Of a DNA stretch of 64,000 nucleotides, positions 38,948 to 48,888 are shown piece by piece. The first letter of the stretch is position 1, and the number at the start of each line of letters is the position of its first letter. The notes beneath the pieces were generated by a model, which ran no database searches, was not told the DNA's origin, and worked only from the letters and a program-made list of their open reading frames with translations. The translations under genes were made by a program, and so were the position numbers. The DNA comes from a virus. The DNA lies in the IMG/VR virus record IMGVR_UViG_3300046808_001301. One strand, 5' to 3'.

Positions 38948-40651
38948 TTAGCCAATAAAGAAAGTTGGAGGCATATTATCTTGGTAAGAATTCATCAGCT
39001 CTTGCTCAAGTGTTTCTTTTTCTTTGATTCCTTCAGCCAGCAATGTTTGACTGTTAACTTGTCCTCCGCCAAACATATTAGTTCCCGAAAACTTTTCTCT
39101 TACTCTAGCAATTGCAATCTTGCTCAAAGCAAGAGCATATTTCTGCACCCATCTTTCTTTAATTAAATCTTTAATAGGTCTTTCAATATAGCAACCAACT
39201 ATGCCTAAGAACGTATGATTTGATTGAGGTTCAGGAATAAGTCTAAGGACCTGAGATCTAGGATCAAATCTAAACTGAGATTGCATTGCTAGAACCTTGT
39301 TTCTTGTATCAATAAACCCTTTCAGGACTTCCCATGTAACTAAGTCAAACCCAAAGTTACCGATCATGTAAGAAGAGTAAATTTGCTGAGCCATTGCTTG
39401 CTCCATTGTGAACAGGGTATTAATTCCTGTATCTTCTCCTTTGGAAAACTCAAAACAATCAACGACTTTTCTCCAGCTTGCTAAATCATAATCATAACCA
39501 GCAGACAAACCTGGTGTTCTACTATTTCTCATTTCTGATGTTTTGTTAATCAAGCTATCAACTTTAATTCCTACACCAGGCAAATAAAGTTTGGAATCAA
39601 ACACCAAATATTCTTCCGTATAACCTGCCCATTTTGTAAAATACTCAATTGAGTCGGTGATATTGTCGTAAATTTGGTCGTCAGAAATTTCTAAATTAAT
39701 CAACGGCGCTCCAAGCTGTCTTTGAATGCGATTTGAAAGGTCTTCGTATGTTTCAACAGACGCATTATATGTAGTTCCTCCTCGATTCGCATAACCAGGC
39801 GGAAGTACTGGTCTCGGTGTCGGTTGAGGAGTTGGAACCGGAGTAGGAGTTGGAGGAGGTTGTGACCCCAATATAATAATACTACGAAATGTTAGAGAGT
39901 CTCCAGCGGTAACGGAAATTATTCCGTCTTGCCCTGGAAGAAATTCGCTATCCCTAATAAAGATGGCTTTGTTGTATTCTCCGGACGGAACTGTTAATTG
40001 AGCCCCCGTAGCTGCTGTAAATATACCAATTGGTTTCGCTGGATCAAAATATAAATTTAAATAAATGCTCGCTTGAGTATTGTTTGGAAGTGTGTATGCC
40101 TGAGAGTGATCATACGTTCCAGGCATAATAATGTAACTAACTACTGAATTATTAAATGGCGTTGGCGTCGGAACAGGCGTAAGTGTGGGTGTTGGAGTTG
40201 AAGTCATTTCAACAGGAGTAGATGTAGGTATTACTGGAGTAGCAGTAGGAACTACAGGTGTCGAGGTTGGTTCAATAGGAGTAGCTGTAGGAACTACCGG
40301 AGTAGCAGTAGGCTCCACGGGTGTCGAAGTCGGAGTGGCAGTAGGAGGTATAAAAAGTTGAACAGTAATCGTCTGGCCATTAACAATGTAAGTACCGTCT
40401 GGAGCCAGTTCAGGAGACCACGATGTTACTTCCCAAGGATAAAAGACATCTTGAGACGACGAATAATACAATACGTCGGGTCCAGTTGCTATGTTATACA
40501 GGCCCCAAATAGTTCCATTCCAATAAATTCTTTCGTCTCCGTAAGTGTATGCTGGTCGATCATTAAGCAGACCAACGTAATCAAGAGTTCTTCCTCCAAT
40601 CCAGTTTGTAATAATTGGAGTCGTGTCAATTGGATCAGGAATTGCAGGCAT
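38948..40651 (-). CDS. gp13: neck protein (T4 gp13-like) with ~290 aa N-terminal extension containing Pro/Thr linkers
   Basis: IQRQLGAPLINLEISDDQI.D.I..SIEYF, WVQKYALAL.K, REKFSG..MFGGG, PPTFFIG. Confidence 0.88.
   Translation of the reverse strand: MPAIPDPIDTTPIITNWIGGRTLDYVGLLNDRPAYTYGDERIYWNGTIWGLYNIATGPDVLYYSSSQDVFYPWEVTSWSPELAPDGTYIVNGQTITVQLFIPPTATPTSTPVEPTATPVVPTATPIEPTSTPVVPTATPVIPTSTPVEMTSTPTPTLTPVPTPTPFNNSVVSYIIMPGTYDHSQAYTLPNNTQASIYLNLYFDPAKPIGIFTAATGAQLTVPSGEYNKAIFIRDSEFLPGQDGIISVTAGDSLTFRSIIILGSQPPPTPTPVPTPQPTPRPVLPPGYANRGGTTYNASVETYEDLSNRIQRQLGAPLINLEISDDQIYDNITDSIEYFTKWAGYTEEYLVFDSKLYLPGVGIKVDSLINKTSEMRNSRTPGLSAGYDYDLASWRKVVDCFEFSKGEDTGINTLFTMEQAMAQQIYSSYMIGNFGFDLVTWEVLKGFIDTRNKVLAMQSQFRFDPRSQVLRLIPEPQSNHTFLGIVGCYIERPIKDLIKERWVQKYALALSKIAIARVREKFSGTNMFGGGQVNSQTLLAEGIKEKETLEQELMNSYQDNMPPTFFIG
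40155..40350 (-). repeat. Pro/Thr coding repeat (PTATPVV / PTSTPVE, 21-nt units)
   Basis: Visible in the gp13 translation. Confidence 0.8.
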
Positions 40652-40675
40652 ATTACTATTTAATGAAAGTTAGTG

Positions 40676-42553
40676 TTACGCTGCCTCAATAGGAGCGGGA
40701 GCAGTTGGTGCTGCTGGAGCTCCAGTTGTTTCCGGAGCTGCTTCTGGTCCTCCTGCAGCTTCTTCTCCTGTTGGAGGTGGCATGGCCGATCCGCCTTCTC
40801 CAAAATCTGGTATAGCTCCTCCGCCACCGCCACCACCGCCTCCGCCAGCTTCTCCTCCACCTTCGGGAGCAGCTCCTCCAGCGGCTTGTTGCAATGCCAG
40901 CTGTTCTCTAAAGTTCGGGCCCATTTCCGTAATTCGTGCAATTTCCCAAGCTAGAGCAGCGTCTTTTCTGAGCCATTCTCTGTTTTCCATCATTTCGTTT
41001 GCTGACATGTCCAAATAATACTTTTGAGCATAGGACTTTGAAATTGCTTCTGACTGAGTTGCTGTATTATAATTTTCAAACTTCATTGACAGCAATTGCT
41101 GATTGCGCATTGCCATAAATGAAGTAGGTTCGTTAAATTTTAAATTAAGGTTTTGTTCTCTAAGTCTATATTCTTTCCAGAGACCCTTTAATTTCAAATG
41201 AGTAATAAACGATTCTTTTATACCAACCGCAAAACGAGATTGGAGCCTGATAATAAATCTAGCAAACCTTAGCTCATCTCGAGTAATCTCAGCTCCATCT
41301 TTAAATGGATCTCCAGCTGTCAAGAACCTTGAAATCGGAACCTTTAAGCTCTTATATAACTTTGTTAAAAAGTAATCCAAGTCTTTGATTTCTCCCAAGT
41401 TGCCTCCAGAAGGAAGAGTAGTTACATCAGTTCCTTTACCTTGAGCATCAACAGGAAACCAATAAGCATCCAACATGGATTGAGGATCATATACATTAGC
41501 TGTTCTTCCTTCTGCACTATTGAAAGTCTTTTTAGACCAATATTTCATCATGAGTCCTTTAATATATGACTCAGCTTTTGGAGGAGGCATGTTGCCTGTA
41601 TATACTTTAAAAACAAGTCTTTCAGGAGCTCTCACTAAACGATAAATTACCACAGAATCTTCAATCAACGAAAGCTGTCTATAAGCTCTCTTTGCGTTTT
41701 CAACAAACGGCAATCTAAATGTTTTAAATTCATTCCATAACCCAGAATGAATGTATGAAACCTGAGCTTTTTGCAAGAACAAAAGCTGTTGTTGATCTTC
41801 TGTGTTTAAAGAAGTTGTTGGTCCAATTATGGGCTTCTGTAAAAGATATCCTTTCAGCAATTCATTTTGTACATTATGGAAAACTGGATTAATCAGTTCA
41901 GACGGAATCGACATTAAGCCAATAACTCCTAAATCTTCTTTGCCTTCTTTTATTAAATTTTCAAAAAAAAGTTCTCCATCAACTAACAACTGACGAAATT
42001 TTTCCCATCCTGTGTGTCCCAAATCAAATATATTGATAAACTTTTTAAATTCTTTTTGTAATTCGTCTTGAATTGTTTTACTATACTCTCCGTTAACTAA
42101 TTCAAACTTAATAATTTCTCCGTCTTCGTCCGTAACGATACACTCGTCACAAATTTCATCCAAACAATCAGCAAGTTCGGCATATGCTGCCATTCTTCTG
42201 TAATCAGTTAAGCGCCTTGGTTTATCTTTATCAATGTTAGCGTATACAAATGCTTGATAATCTTTATTGATGGAAAACGAAGCAGGAGAGCTTGAACCAT
42301 ACTGATCAGCGTTTGGCGGCTGAGACAAAAATACGGATTGGTCCTGCAACATTTCATCTCGTAACGAAGTTTGTTGTTTGAAATCATCAAACTTCGGATT
42401 GTTTTTAACCATCGCGTCAATGATTTGATATGCATATGGTAACCTAGAAACAAACGCTCCTAACAAAGACGTCTGTGGATAAGGTTGAGGCTTAACAGAA
42501 CCTGTAGAGTTTCCAGGGACTCCAGCGTTGTTCGTATATGGACGATAAATCAT
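40676..42553 (-). CDS. gp20: portal protein (T4 gp20-like)
   Basis: YRRMA, QLSLIEDSVVIYRLVRAPERLVF, GNMPPPKAE, TLPSGGNLGEI.D, EITRDELRF. Confidence 0.97.
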   Translation of the reverse strand: MIYRPYTNNAGVPGNSTGSVKPQPYPQTSLLGAFVSRLPYAYQIIDAMVKNNPKFDDFKQQTSLRDEMLQDQSVFLSQPPNADQYGSSSPASFSINKDYQAFVYANIDKDKPRRLTDYRRMAAYAELADCLDEICDECIVTDEDGEIIKFELVNGEYSKTIQDELQKEFKKFINIFDLGHTGWEKFRQLLVDGELFFENLIKEGKEDLGVIGLMSIPSELINPVFHNVQNELLKGYLLQKPIIGPTTSLNTEDQQQLLFLQKAQVSYIHSGLWNEFKTFRLPFVENAKRAYRQLSLIEDSVVIYRLVRAPERLVFKVYTGNMPPPKAESYIKGLMMKYWSKKTFNSAEGRTANVYDPQSMLDAYWFPVDAQGKGTDVTTLPSGGNLGEIKDLDYFLTKLYKSLKVPISRFLTAGDPFKDGAEITRDELRFARFIIRLQSRFAVGIKESFITHLKLKGLWKEYRLREQNLNLKFNEPTSFMAMRNQQLLSMKFENYNTATQSEAISKSYAQKYYLDMSANEMMENREWLRKDAALAWEIARITEMGPNFREQLALQQAAGGAAPEGGGEAGGGGGGGGGGAIPDFGEGGSAMPPPTGEEAAGGPEAAPETTGAPAAPTAPAPIEAA

Positions 42554-42616
42554 TTTATTTAATTATTGTTTAAGACGATCTTGAACAACTCTATTTAATA
42601 GATTAAGTTAAATAAA

Positions 42617-42895
42617 ATGCTAGCTAAGTTATTTGACAAAAAGTCCTCTAATTTAAATCTAAAACCTGTTCCTCGAGGATTTTATGCTTTTAATGTGGAA
42701 CGTGCTGGAGACTTTTTAATCTTTGTTGAAATGCAAACTGATGCTTACAAATTTCTCTATGTTCCCGGAGCAGAGCCATTTTATCTTTCTATTGAAGACT
42801 TTACAAAATCTATGCAAAAAGGGGTGTTGTCGTTTGTTGAACAATTACCAGAAGAAGTGTATAATGAAAGTTTATCGTTGTCATGTCCAACATGA
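42617..42895 (+). CDS. hypothetical protein
   Basis: 92 aa ORF filling the coding space. Confidence 0.7.
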   Translation: MLAKLFDKKSSNLNLKPVPRGFYAFNVERAGDFLIFVEMQTDAYKFLYVPGAEPFYLSIEDFTKSMQKGVLSFVEQLPEEVYNESLSLSCPT

Positions 42896-42906
42896 CTAAG
42901 GATAAT
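42878..42906 (+). promoter_or_regulatory. sigma70-type promoter
   Basis: TTGTCA-17 nt-GATAAT, 8 nt before ATG at 42915. Confidence 0.55.
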
Positions 42907-42914
42907 AAGGTGCA

Positions 42915-43154
42915 ATGAAAAATACAAAAACCACAAAAACTCCAAAACAGACTATCACAATAGACGGAATGAGTCTCTATGAGCTTTGTCGATGGGCAGC
43001 TCTAAAGGACGCAATTGATATTATTGGAGACAAATGCGATGAACGAAAGATTGACTTTAGTGACTTTGATCTCAAACCTCTCGACTTGCTTAAATATGTC
43101 GATACAGCAACAGATACCCTTTACCATAAAGTAATTCAACATGAACCGGCTTGA
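42915..43154 (+). CDS. hypothetical protein
   Basis: 79 aa ORF. Confidence 0.7.
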   Translation: MKNTKTTKTPKQTITIDGMSLYELCRWAALKDAIDIIGDKCDERKIDFSDFDLKPLDLLKYVDTATDTLYHKVIQHEPA

Positions 43155-43584
43155 ACTCATAATACTCTCAGTTTCCGTAGGAATAACCATTATTGTATCA
43201 ACACTATTCGGCTTTGCTGGTAGTTCTTTAATTGGAACTTTTTGGTCGTGGTTTTGGATCTCAGCTTTAGTGCAAGCTATTCTTTTTGCTACAGTTAATT
43301 CATTCCTATATCAAAAAGATAGGATTATTGCAGATCAATTAAGCGTTTTGTCATTGGAACAATTGTCCAAATTTTCAATTAGGATTTTTTGTTCCTATTG
43401 TCAGCAACAAAACACAACACCGATCCAGCTCAACCAAAAAAACAGTTTTAAGTGCGAGTCATGCAATCAAGTAAATGGAATAGTTATGCAATTTACTGCT
43501 ACTCCTCTTACAACTCCAGTAGAATCAATAAAACATAATATTGAATCGATAGAAATTAAGGCAATAGATTCGCAAACAACATAA
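43141..43584 (+). CDS. two-TM membrane protein with zinc ribbon
   Basis: Two hydrophobic segments, then CSYC...CESC. Confidence 0.7.
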   Translation: MNRLELIILSVSVGITIIVSTLFGFAGSSLIGTFWSWFWISALVQAILFATVNSFLYQKDRIIADQLSVLSLEQLSKFSIRIFCSYCQQQNTTPIQLNQKNSFKCESCNQVNGIVMQFTATPLTTPVESIKHNIESIEIKAIDSQTT

Positions 43585-43592
43585 GTACGTTT

Positions 43593-43880
43593 ATGAATAT
43601 GATCAAAGATTCCAACATTTTTAATGTTGTCAATCCTACAGCTTTGCAACCAAAAGCCAAGAAGCCTATGCCTTTTCCGTTGGAAAATTTTGACGAAGAA
43701 ATTTCAGACGCGTATTCAAAAATTAATTCTATTTTAACCAAGCTCAGAGCAGCTAGAGAAAACCCAGTTAATAACACTACTGCTAAAACCAAAAGACTTA
43801 TTTCTTTGGAATATAAAACTAAAACTTGTTTGAGTCTCATTAAAGACATATCCAAACAATGTGCTGAATTATGGTTTTAG
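43593..43880 (+). CDS. hypothetical protein
   Basis: 95 aa ORF; TAAGTA 5 nt upstream. Confidence 0.7.
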   Translation: MNMIKDSNIFNVVNPTALQPKAKKPMPFPLENFDEEISDAYSKINSILTKLRAARENPVNNTTAKTKRLISLEYKTKTCLSLIKDISKQCAELWF

Positions 43881-43883
43881 CTA

Positions 43884-43910
43884 TTGACTTGTTTTAACCG
43901 TTAGTATAAT
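43884..43910 (+). promoter_or_regulatory. sigma70-type promoter
   Basis: TTGACT-15 nt-TATAAT (short spacer), 8 nt before GTG at 43919. Confidence 0.55.
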
Positions 43911-43918
43911 TTATATAC

Positions 43919-44185
43919 GTGAATCATCCTAACATTTATCACGTAAAGCCAGAACAAGTCGGAAGTGAAGATCTCGGAGACTTTCTTCGAAAAGCAATCA
44001 ACAGACAATTTGAAGGAAGAGATTTTTATATTTCAAAAGAATTAATTGAAGAAAAACCTACTCATTACTCAACTACTCCTAGAAAACTTAGAGGGTTTTT
44101 GATTAGCGAAGGAAACAATGAAGGACACGCAATTTGGTTTGACGTGACTGAAATTAAAGACGGAATAAACTGGATGGGCCGCTAA
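43919..44185 (+). CDS. hypothetical protein
   Basis: 88 aa ORF with GTG start. Confidence 0.65.
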   Translation: MNHPNIYHVKPEQVGSEDLGDFLRKAINRQFEGRDFYISKELIEEKPTHYSTTPRKLRGFLISEGNNEGHAIWFDVTEIKDGINWMGR

Positions 44186-44189
44186 TATC

Positions 44190-45428
44190 ATGTCTACTAT
44201 TTTTATCCAAATTGCCTCATATAGAGATCCTCAGCTCATACCAACACTAGATGATTGTATCGCTCAAGCTAAACACCCAGAAAATCTTCGTTTTTGCATT
44301 GCTTGGCAGCACGGTCCCGAAGAAAACGTCGACAAGTATAAAGAGGATTCAAGATTTAATTTTCTAGACATTCCTTATGAGGAGTCAAAAGGAGCTTGTT
44401 GGGCAAGAAACAAAATACAACAAGAATACAAAGGAGAGACATATACTCTCCAATTGGATAGCCATCATCGGTTCATTAAAAACTGGGACGAAGAGCTTAT
44501 TAATATGCTAGAGGGACTGAAAGCAAAAGGACACAAAAAGCCTTTGCTAACTAGCTATGTTTCTAGCTTTAATCCAGAAAACGACCCAGAGGGCCGTCAA
44601 CAAACTACTTGGAGGATGAATTTTGATCGTTTTACTCCCGAGGGAGTAATATTTTTTCTTCCTGCTCATTTTCCGGCCGACAAAACATTCACCGAACCTG
44701 TTCTAGCTCGTTTTTATTCAGCTCATTTTTGTTTTGCTGACGGCTGTTTTGCAAAAGAAGTTCAGCATGATCCTGAGTATTATTTTCACGGAGAAGAAAT
44801 ATCAATTGCAGTAAGAGCGTTTACACACGGTTATGATTTATTTCATCCTCACAAAACGATTGTTTGGCATGAATACACAAGAAAGGGCAGAACAAAACAT
44901 TGGGACGATGATAAAGAATGGTGGAAAAAGAACTCAAGCTGTCATTTGCGCAATAAAAAACTTTTCGAAATGGATGGAGAAAAAAGAGATATTGATTTCG
45001 GAACCTATGGATTTGGTCAAGTACGTACTTTAGAAGATTACGAAAAATATGCTGGAATTTGTTTTAAAAAGCGAGCTATTCAGAAGCACACTTTAGAGCA
45101 TAATTTTCCCCCAAACCCTCAATATGCCACTCCAGAAGAATATGATGATTCGTTTTTATCCGTTTTCAAACATTGCGTAGATGTTCATAAATCAGAGGTA
45201 AAGGAAACAGACTATGATTTTTGGGCACTAGCTTTTCATGATGAATTAGACAACACTCTGTATAGGAAAGATGTGGATGAAGCAGAAATTAAGTCTAGTA
45301 CCAATGATAAAGACGAGTATCATAGAATTTGGAGAGATTTTCAGACTGAGAAACAACCAAAGTATGTTGTTGTTTGGCCTCACTCAAAATCCAAAGGTTG
45401 GTGCGACAGAATCAAAAAAAATCTCTAA
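44190..45428 (+). CDS. GT60-like polypeptide alpha-GlcNAc transferase
   Basis: TIFIQIASYRDP, GACWAR, LQLDSHHRF..NWD, FHGEE...RAFTHGYD, WHEY signature. Confidence 0.85.
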   Translation: MSTIFIQIASYRDPQLIPTLDDCIAQAKHPENLRFCIAWQHGPEENVDKYKEDSRFNFLDIPYEESKGACWARNKIQQEYKGETYTLQLDSHHRFIKNWDEELINMLEGLKAKGHKKPLLTSYVSSFNPENDPEGRQQTTWRMNFDRFTPEGVIFFLPAHFPADKTFTEPVLARFYSAHFCFADGCFAKEVQHDPEYYFHGEEISIAVRAFTHGYDLFHPHKTIVWHEYTRKGRTKHWDDDKEWWKKNSSCHLRNKKLFEMDGEKRDIDFGTYGFGQVRTLEDYEKYAGICFKKRAIQKHTLEHNFPPNPQYATPEEYDDSFLSVFKHCVDVHKSEVKETDYDFWALAFHDELDNTLYRKDVDEAEIKSSTNDKDEYHRIWRDFQTEKQPKYVVVWPHSKSKGWCDRIKKNL

Positions 45429-45440
45429 GTACAAGCAAAG

Positions 45441-46172
45441 ATGAGATCTGCTTTAGTGTGCATTGCCAAAAACGAAGACAACTACATTCAAGAGTGGGTC
45501 GATTACAATTTAAAATTAGGATTTGATACAATTTTTATTTACGAAAATTTTTGGAAGTGTCCGATCAATCATCCTCAGGTCGTTAACATTCCTCATGATG
45601 ACGCTTCAAACAGCAAACAACCAAACGCATATGCGTTGTTTAAAAACGAGCATGGAGACAAATATGATTTTGCTGCATTTTTTGATGTAGACGAATTTTT
45701 GGTATTAAAACAACACCAATGCGTTAACGATTTTTTAGCTGAGAGAGTTGAGTATCCAGCAATAGCAGTCAATTGGGCATCATATGGAGATAGTGGGCTT
45801 ACTGAAGTCATAGACAACAATTACAGCTTATTAAAGCGCTTTACAAAACGTAAAATATTTCATGCTGGGATAAAAACAATTTTAAATTTAAAACTATCAA
45901 ATTGGGCCATTCAATCTGTTCATTGTGCTTTTTGTGTTAACATGGTCTGTCCTGCTGGATTTTCTATACCTCCTAACTCGTCGTCAAATCCTAACGGAAA
46001 TTACGACATAGCTCAATTGAATCACTATTCTGTTAAAACACTACAAGAATTCAGACGAAAACAATCTTATGGGTTGAGAGCTTGTAATAATCCTTTGCAC
46101 GACCATGACTTTCGTTGTAATAATTTTAATGAAGTAGAAGATAAATGTGCACTTGAGTTTTTTGAAAAATAA
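45441..46172 (+). CDS. GT92/GT2-like glycosyltransferase
   Basis: AKNE..YI.EW..Y...LGFD, FFDVDEF, LNHY motifs. Confidence 0.8.
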   Translation: MRSALVCIAKNEDNYIQEWVDYNLKLGFDTIFIYENFWKCPINHPQVVNIPHDDASNSKQPNAYALFKNEHGDKYDFAAFFDVDEFLVLKQHQCVNDFLAERVEYPAIAVNWASYGDSGLTEVIDNNYSLLKRFTKRKIFHAGIKTILNLKLSNWAIQSVHCAFCVNMVCPAGFSIPPNSSSNPNGNYDIAQLNHYSVKTLQEFRRKQSYGLRACNNPLHDHDFRCNNFNEVEDKCALEFFEK

Positions 46173-46188
46173 ATATTAATTCATATAT

Positions 46189-47016
46189 ATGAAGGACTTC
46201 GCATTACTAGGTGTTTGCAATAACATCACAAACAATATACAAAAAATTAAACTATGGTCGCAAAGTTTTAAACAACATTGTGATTCAGAAGTTTATTTGG
46301 TTTGTGTTAACTCAACCAAAGAAGAGCTTGGTCTTGTCAGCCAATTAAAAATTAAAGCAATTCCTGGGGAAGAAGCGGATTGTTGGAGCTTGTATCACAA
46401 AAGACTGAGACATACACTAGAAGTATTAAAAACTCTCAATGAGAAGTTTGTTTTAGTTACTGATGTATTTGACGTTTTGTTTCAGAACAATCCGTTTACA
46501 AAATTAAATTTTGAACAACATGATGTGTTCGTTGGACAAGAAGGAGGCGTGCTAGTTCATGAAGAGCCATGGAACAGAACTAATATTGGTAAGTTGTATC
46601 CAGATGAAATGGAAAAATGTTGGTCTATACCGGTCATTTGCTCAGGCGTCATTGCTGGTAAAACAAAATCTTTGATTGCTTTATATGATGAGTTGTTTCA
46701 ATTGTGCGAAGCTAGCACAAAAACAGATAATATTATTGACCAAGCAGCATTGCACGTAATGGTTGCCAATAATAGAATACCAGGGTTAAAACAACTCAAT
46801 TTAAATGATGGTTGGGTTGTACATTGCGCAGTTGCTGGTCCGACTCAATTTTTTGAACAATGGGGATTCAAATACTGCATTACAACGAGAGGCCTTAGTG
46901 TGCCAAAATTAGAAAATAATGCCGTTGTAAAAGACAATGGTGAAGTGTATGATATCGTCCATCAATTTAACCGCATTCCCGAATGGAATGCTGCTTTAGT
47001 ATCTAAATATGAATAA
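46189..47016 (+). CDS. GT-A fold glycosyltransferase
   Basis: VTDVFDVLFQNNPF, ICSGVIAG, DQAAL, HQFNR. Confidence 0.7.
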   Translation: MKDFALLGVCNNITNNIQKIKLWSQSFKQHCDSEVYLVCVNSTKEELGLVSQLKIKAIPGEEADCWSLYHKRLRHTLEVLKTLNEKFVLVTDVFDVLFQNNPFTKLNFEQHDVFVGQEGGVLVHEEPWNRTNIGKLYPDEMEKCWSIPVICSGVIAGKTKSLIALYDELFQLCEASTKTDNIIDQAALHVMVANNRIPGLKQLNLNDGWVVHCAVAGPTQFFEQWGFKYCITTRGLSVPKLENNAVVKDNGEVYDIVHQFNRIPEWNAALVSKYE

Positions 47017-47794
47017 TACAGCTGTAGTGTTTTGTACGTATCCTCGCTCTCTTAGTGGAGGATTTCATGAAAATTTTGTAAAATACAAAAATGAAAATTT
47101 TGAAAATTTTTTTGTTGTTTTTGACGATCAACAAAAAGAATTCGACCCAATGTATGTTAAAGAGGTCTACAAAAAAACACCAATTTTTGCTTACAACCTC
47201 AAAGACTTCAACAAATATCAGTTTGATCGACCTATAGATAAAAAGCATCGTTGGGGGTCACATCAAAATCCAAATTACTTTTATGCTCATTTCAGAATGT
47301 TGCTTTTCTTCAGGAAGTACAGCCAATTTGATTATTATTGGTTTTTTGATGATGATGTTTATTTTGACACGAATCTTAAATCATTTTTAACTGAATATGA
47401 GACCCACAAAGAGGACTTTTTAGCAATTCAGGTTTTCAAAAAAGAAGATTACGAAGAGTTTCCGTTTATAAGCAAAGCAAATGATCGAATGGGGTCACAT
47501 GGACATTGGTTAGGGTTTGCACCTGGACCAGGAGATGCATACAAATCAACAGCAAAACATATGGGATGTTTTTATCCAATTGTTAGATATTCTAACAAAG
47601 CTATGAAACACCTATTGCAACTAAACGAACAAGGTTTTTATGGATACTCTGAAGGGTTCGTTCCGACTTCGTTAGCTAGCGATGGATTTTCTGTAGCTAG
47701 CATGCTTAATGAGCATGATGAATTCTTCATTAAGCCTAAAACTCAATGCAAACTTACTCACAAAAACGATAACTTTACCTGGACATGGATATAA
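47009..47794 (+). CDS. putative glycosyltransferase (DUF3405-like)
   Basis: FDYYWFFDDDVYF, IVRYS..A, SEGFVPT. Confidence 0.6.
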   Translation: MNNTAVVFCTYPRSLSGGFHENFVKYKNENFENFFVVFDDQQKEFDPMYVKEVYKKTPIFAYNLKDFNKYQFDRPIDKKHRWGSHQNPNYFYAHFRMLLFFRKYSQFDYYWFFDDDVYFDTNLKSFLTEYETHKEDFLAIQVFKKEDYEEFPFISKANDRMGSHGHWLGFAPGPGDAYKSTAKHMGCFYPIVRYSNKAMKHLLQLNEQGFYGYSEGFVPTSLASDGFSVASMLNEHDEFFIKPKTQCKLTHKNDNFTWTWI

Positions 47795-48861
47795 CATTCT
47801 GCACATTCTTTTTTGATATAAACCGATCCAATTGGAATAACTTTGCTATTCACAGTAACACGTATATGCATTGGTTTAAAAACGTGTTAAGTTTGGATAT
47901 TAATTTACACATTCAAACTGAAGAAAAGTTTTTAGACGTAATCCGAGAAGAAAGAAAAAAAGTCGATCCGGAGTTTAAAAAGACAATTATTAAAATAACC
48001 AAAGTCGAACATCTAGAAGCCTGGAAACGCTATAATGCTTCTCTTGAAGATTTAATGTTTTCAGATGAGTTTAAGCAGAAAATTCGTCACGATGTTCCTG
48101 AAATGACAAAGCCTTTGTACAACGTTTTGATGTTTAACAAAGTCCATTATCTTAAGGAAATTATAAAAACAAATCCTTTCAATACAAAATTTTTTAGTTG
48201 GGTTGATACTGGTTTTGTTAGAGATAGCTCTTGGCCTATCGACAACGAACAATGGCCGGATCCTGAAAAACTAATTCTGCAACCAAACAAAGTAAAGTTC
48301 TTTTGTATAAATGACAACGTCGTCGATGGAATAGCTAATACCACAAAAGAAGAACATTGTATGTCTCAGATGAGATTTTTGAAAGGAACTATTTTCTTTT
48401 TAGATGGAGCATGTATAGACGAGCTTTGCGATCTTTTTGACAAAAACGTTAAACGATGCATTGCAGACAAATTTATTGGATCAGACGAAAAAATTTTTGA
48501 TTTATGCTACTGTGATAATCCAGATTTGTTTGAATTAACGAAATGCGATTGGAGAGAAGAATTTCATTTGTACGCAAAAAATAACAGAAAACAATACAAC
48601 ATTACTTTTTCTTGGAATGTAGAAGAAATTACAAAAGCTCAGGAGTATCGTTTTTGGTACGTAGGAATAGAAGATTCTACTGAAGCTGTTATTCATCGTT
48701 GTGATTTTAATCCCCATGATCACGAAGAAATATGCAATTTAACGACAACGAACTACACGGTTAATTTTGCTTCTGCAACAAAGCCACGTAGGGTTGTTAT
48801 ATGGCCTGTCGATAACGATGGCAATTGGCTGCAGAGAATCGAGTATCCAATAAATTTGTAA
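47785..48861 (+). CDS. HtrL/WlaTC-like glycosyltransferase with extra C-terminal domain
   Basis: TFFFDINR..W, PE....Y..LMFNK, NPFNT..F.WVDTG. Confidence 0.75.
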   Translation: MDITFCTFFFDINRSNWNNFAIHSNTYMHWFKNVLSLDINLHIQTEEKFLDVIREERKKVDPEFKKTIIKITKVEHLEAWKRYNASLEDLMFSDEFKQKIRHDVPEMTKPLYNVLMFNKVHYLKEIIKTNPFNTKFFSWVDTGFVRDSSWPIDNEQWPDPEKLILQPNKVKFFCINDNVVDGIANTTKEEHCMSQMRFLKGTIFFLDGACIDELCDLFDKNVKRCIADKFIGSDEKIFDLCYCDNPDLFELTKCDWREEFHLYAKNNRKQYNITFSWNVEEITKAQEYRFWYVGIEDSTEAVIHRCDFNPHDHEEICNLTTTNYTVNFASATKPRRVVIWPVDNDGNWLQRIEYPINL

Positions 48862-48888
48862 TAGTTCTTATAGATAAGTATAGAAGAT

